DNA of 64,000 nucleotides from Massalongia carnosa (Eukaryota): NCBI GenBank assembly GCA_965645245.1, contig OZ287076.1, positions 1 to 64,000 of the forward strand, read 5' to 3'. Shown piece by piece: positions 61,563 to 64,000 of this stretch (position 1 is its first letter; each line of letters starts with the position of its first letter). The notes under the pieces were generated by a model. It saw only the letters and a program-made list of their open reading frames with translations, ran no database searches and was not told where the DNA came from. The position numbers and the translations under genes were made by a program.

Positions 61563-61738
61563 ACAAATAGGCATACACCTATTAAGGACTCGGTGCGGAA
61601 AATATGCGAAACAGTGCAAAGGGTTCAGGTTGACTACGAAATATCAAACAATCATCAACGAATCAACAACCCCCGGCTAATGGATAGAAGTGCGTTCAAA
61701 GACCTTATAGGTTTAATAACTCATCATGCTATTGACCT
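61563..61738 (+). mobile_element. Short MULE-2-family transposase fragment
   Basis: Near-identical to ~31005-31130 (NHQRINNPRLMDRSAFKDLIGLITHHAI) but retains the 52 bp deleted there. Confidence 0.85.
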
Positions 61739-62719
61739 TGTTGAACAAAAACATCAACTAGGCATACGGCAGCGGGATGCAGGAGAAGAGGGTCTAGGGC
61801 TATCAAGGATAGGCAAAGAGAAGTGCTTTGCAAACGTAATGCAGGTACTCCGTATTTCCAGTGAAGATACTCCAAATTTAGCTATCTGCTGAACTGAATT
61901 CTGAACGACTGGATAGCTAAATTACATGAGGAATCACCGTCTCTTTATACTGCTTGAGGGCCTCCATCTCGGCCTATATCAAATGCATGAACCTGCTTCC
62001 TTTGAACCTTTTCAGCTGGGCAAAATACACCTCATTGCTGACTGGAGACACCGAGACACTCAGTGATCATGAACAGCTGAATTGCCTCCGAAATGTAGCA
62101 TTCTTGCTGCATACCTTTGCCTCCTCGTAATTGCCGAAGTCGTGCCGATATCTGAAGCTTTTCGCATATAGCATATGATTGCCTAATCTGGAAATTAGTA
62201 AGCAGGAGGCAAAAGAACCTCGGTCGTTGCCTCAGTACCTCAGACGAGACTGTGCCATCTCAGACCTGAGATTAATTTGCTACTACTTTTCATTTGCTTA
62301 CTATTTGGCTTGCTATTTTTTCATGCGAATCTCAAAATATCTCGGATTTCTGCTCCAGACCTGCTCCGCTTCGCTCCGCAACGGCCCTGCGTCATCTCCT
62401 CCTTGACACCCGCCAAAGCATCTGTCAAAGCATCTTTCAAATAGTCTCCCAGATAGCCTCCGCTGATTGTAATAAGGCCCCACATCTAGCTCCTAAATAG
62501 CCTTCAAATAGTCTCTGCCGCTTTTCAAATAGCCTCCCCTTTTTCTTTGAAAATTCCACCTCGACATTTTTTTGTCTGCTACCCAGATCACAGTTTATCT
62601 ACCATCTAGACCACCTTTTGTCAATCATCCAAACCATCTCTTGATCACCGTCCTGATCACACTTTGATCGTCACCCGTATTACTTTTTGTCCACCCTCCA
62701 GACTATCTTCTGTCTATCG

Positions 62720-62955
62720 TCCAGAATGTCTTTTAGCTCTTGATGAGATGCATCTTGTATCCGAATGGCGAGATTTCCGGCCCGAATACTTCAATCTCGG
62801 TGTGCTTCGTACACGATTACCAGACGGTATTCCTTTTCTGGGTGCGTCTGCAACGCTGGATCCAAAAACCCTAGAGAGCGTTAAAGATCGCTGTGGCTTT
62901 GATAACGAAAGTACTGTTATTCAAACAGCGCTTGATCGTCCAGAGATATACATGC
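62720..62955 (+). pseudogene. RecQ-family helicase fragment (motifs II-III)
   Basis: LDEMHLVSEWRDFRPEY..RLPDGIPFLGASATL..LDRPEIY, including the RecQ aromatic loop after the DExH motif. Confidence 0.8.
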
Positions 62956-64000
62956 CGACCAGCGGAATGGTGTTATTCATCTGAATGAGCGAGGGTTGTT
63001 ATGTCTAGGACCGATGGGCACATATTCCAATCCCATTCGGCATGTGCCCGGGGTGACACAGAAGGAGTCCATTAGGCGCGCAAAAATGCTGGCCAATCAA
63101 TTCAGTCATGCGGACCAAAGTGCTGATGTCCACTCAGTTCGAATTGGCGAGGATAGCGCGGACGAATATTCATCTGATGAAGAATGGGACCCTGAGGTGA
63201 CCATCATCGACACCACCTCTGTCAATTCAGCTAGAACGGAACAACAGAAGCCTGTCGAGGAGAGCTGGAGGGAGCCAGCTAAGCGAATTCTGAAACGCAG
63301 GGCTGAACGCGAGGACAAGTTCGCAGTACCGAAAGCACCCAGATATGGCAGTTGGAACCCGGTTCCTGCCTCGGTAGAACGTCGGAGTGACTACTCTGAC
63401 CAACCAAGGCCACCTAGCTCAATTGTAACTGATAAATCTCATGCGACTGAACCTCGTGTTACATTCGCCGACCCTTTGGAAGAAGATGTGACCATGACGG
63501 AGGCGGGCCCAGCTAGCTGCCTCCGCAGTAGCAGCGGCGGCGGCAAAGGAAAGAAACATGGGGTCGGGGTTCCGACAGGCCCCATCCGAAAGGAGGTTCG
63601 GTCTGCGATAGAACAGATGGGCACCGAAGAGTTTCTACGGATCGCGAAACATGAGTTCAACATGGACCTAATACAGAGTCGTTGTTTGCAAATACCTTTG
63701 CCTGGTGCTGGAGGACTGACCTATGGAAATCTGATGGCCATGACGCCTATGTTTAAACCGGTGGTCAATAAGATGACACGGAATGCCGAACCGGAAAAGG
63801 CAGAGGGTCCAACGGTAAAAATTGGTTCAATTGGCATTCGGGACCCGCGACTTCGCAGGGCCTACACGAGGTCGACACCAAAGGCCAAAGTGCAGATCGG
63901 CGATGGCAACAGGTATAAGTCTCTCCTAGACTCCGGCGCTGAAGTGAATGTGATGACGTACAACGTGGCCAAGCGTGAAGGCCTAGCTATGCGACCCTAT
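62956..64000 (+). mobile_element. Gypsy-like retroelement gag-protease fragment, runs off window end
   Basis: Frame reading HLNERGLLCLGP... and, at the window end, a retropepsin motif KSLLDSGAEVNVMT (~63918-63960). Confidence 0.7.

Larger units (their letters stand above)
54543..61601 (+). repeat. Right arm of ~7 kb inverted segmental duplication
   Basis: Reverse complement of 16232-23493, lacking the solo LTR at 22925-23131. Confidence 0.97.

Noticed and set aside
16232..61601. Whole structure as a single giant transposon with 7-kb terminal inverted repeats
   Set aside because: No TSD at the outer ends. The right arm continues into MULE sequence and the left abuts a pogo remnant, so the ends are not discrete termini.
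61739..62300. Possible LTR beginning TGTTGAAC after the MULE fragment
   Set aside because: No partner, no defined CA end and no TSD in the window.

Overview
Left end of a fungal (ascomycete-like) chromosome. About 28 CCCTAA telomere repeats (1-167) join directly onto a truncated Ty1/copia retrotransposon. The following ~64 kb of subtelomere is almost entirely mobile elements: four copia elements or fragments, a full-length Ty3/gypsy chromovirus, four solo LTRs with target-site duplications (TSDs), two MULEs, two Fot1/pogo remnants, a piggyBac remnant, a Tad1-like LINE and a gypsy-like fragment running off the window end. Host-type genes are few: a FunK1 kinase pseudogene, a GCR1_C-like fragment, a RecQ fragment, and an NLR-like gene (NACHT, six 32-aa repeats, ankyrins). 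The NLR sits in a ~7 kb segment present twice in inverted orientation (16232-23493 and 54543-61601). The right copy looks intact, the left is a pseudogene, and the two differ most conspicuously at two hypervariable residues per repeat. Other notable signals are a group-I-intron-like insert in a copia RT gene, self-priming and -1 frameshift signals in the chromovirus, half-tRNA primer sites in two copia elements, and a TSD-resolved nest of insertions. All calls are from reading the sequence; no searches were run.
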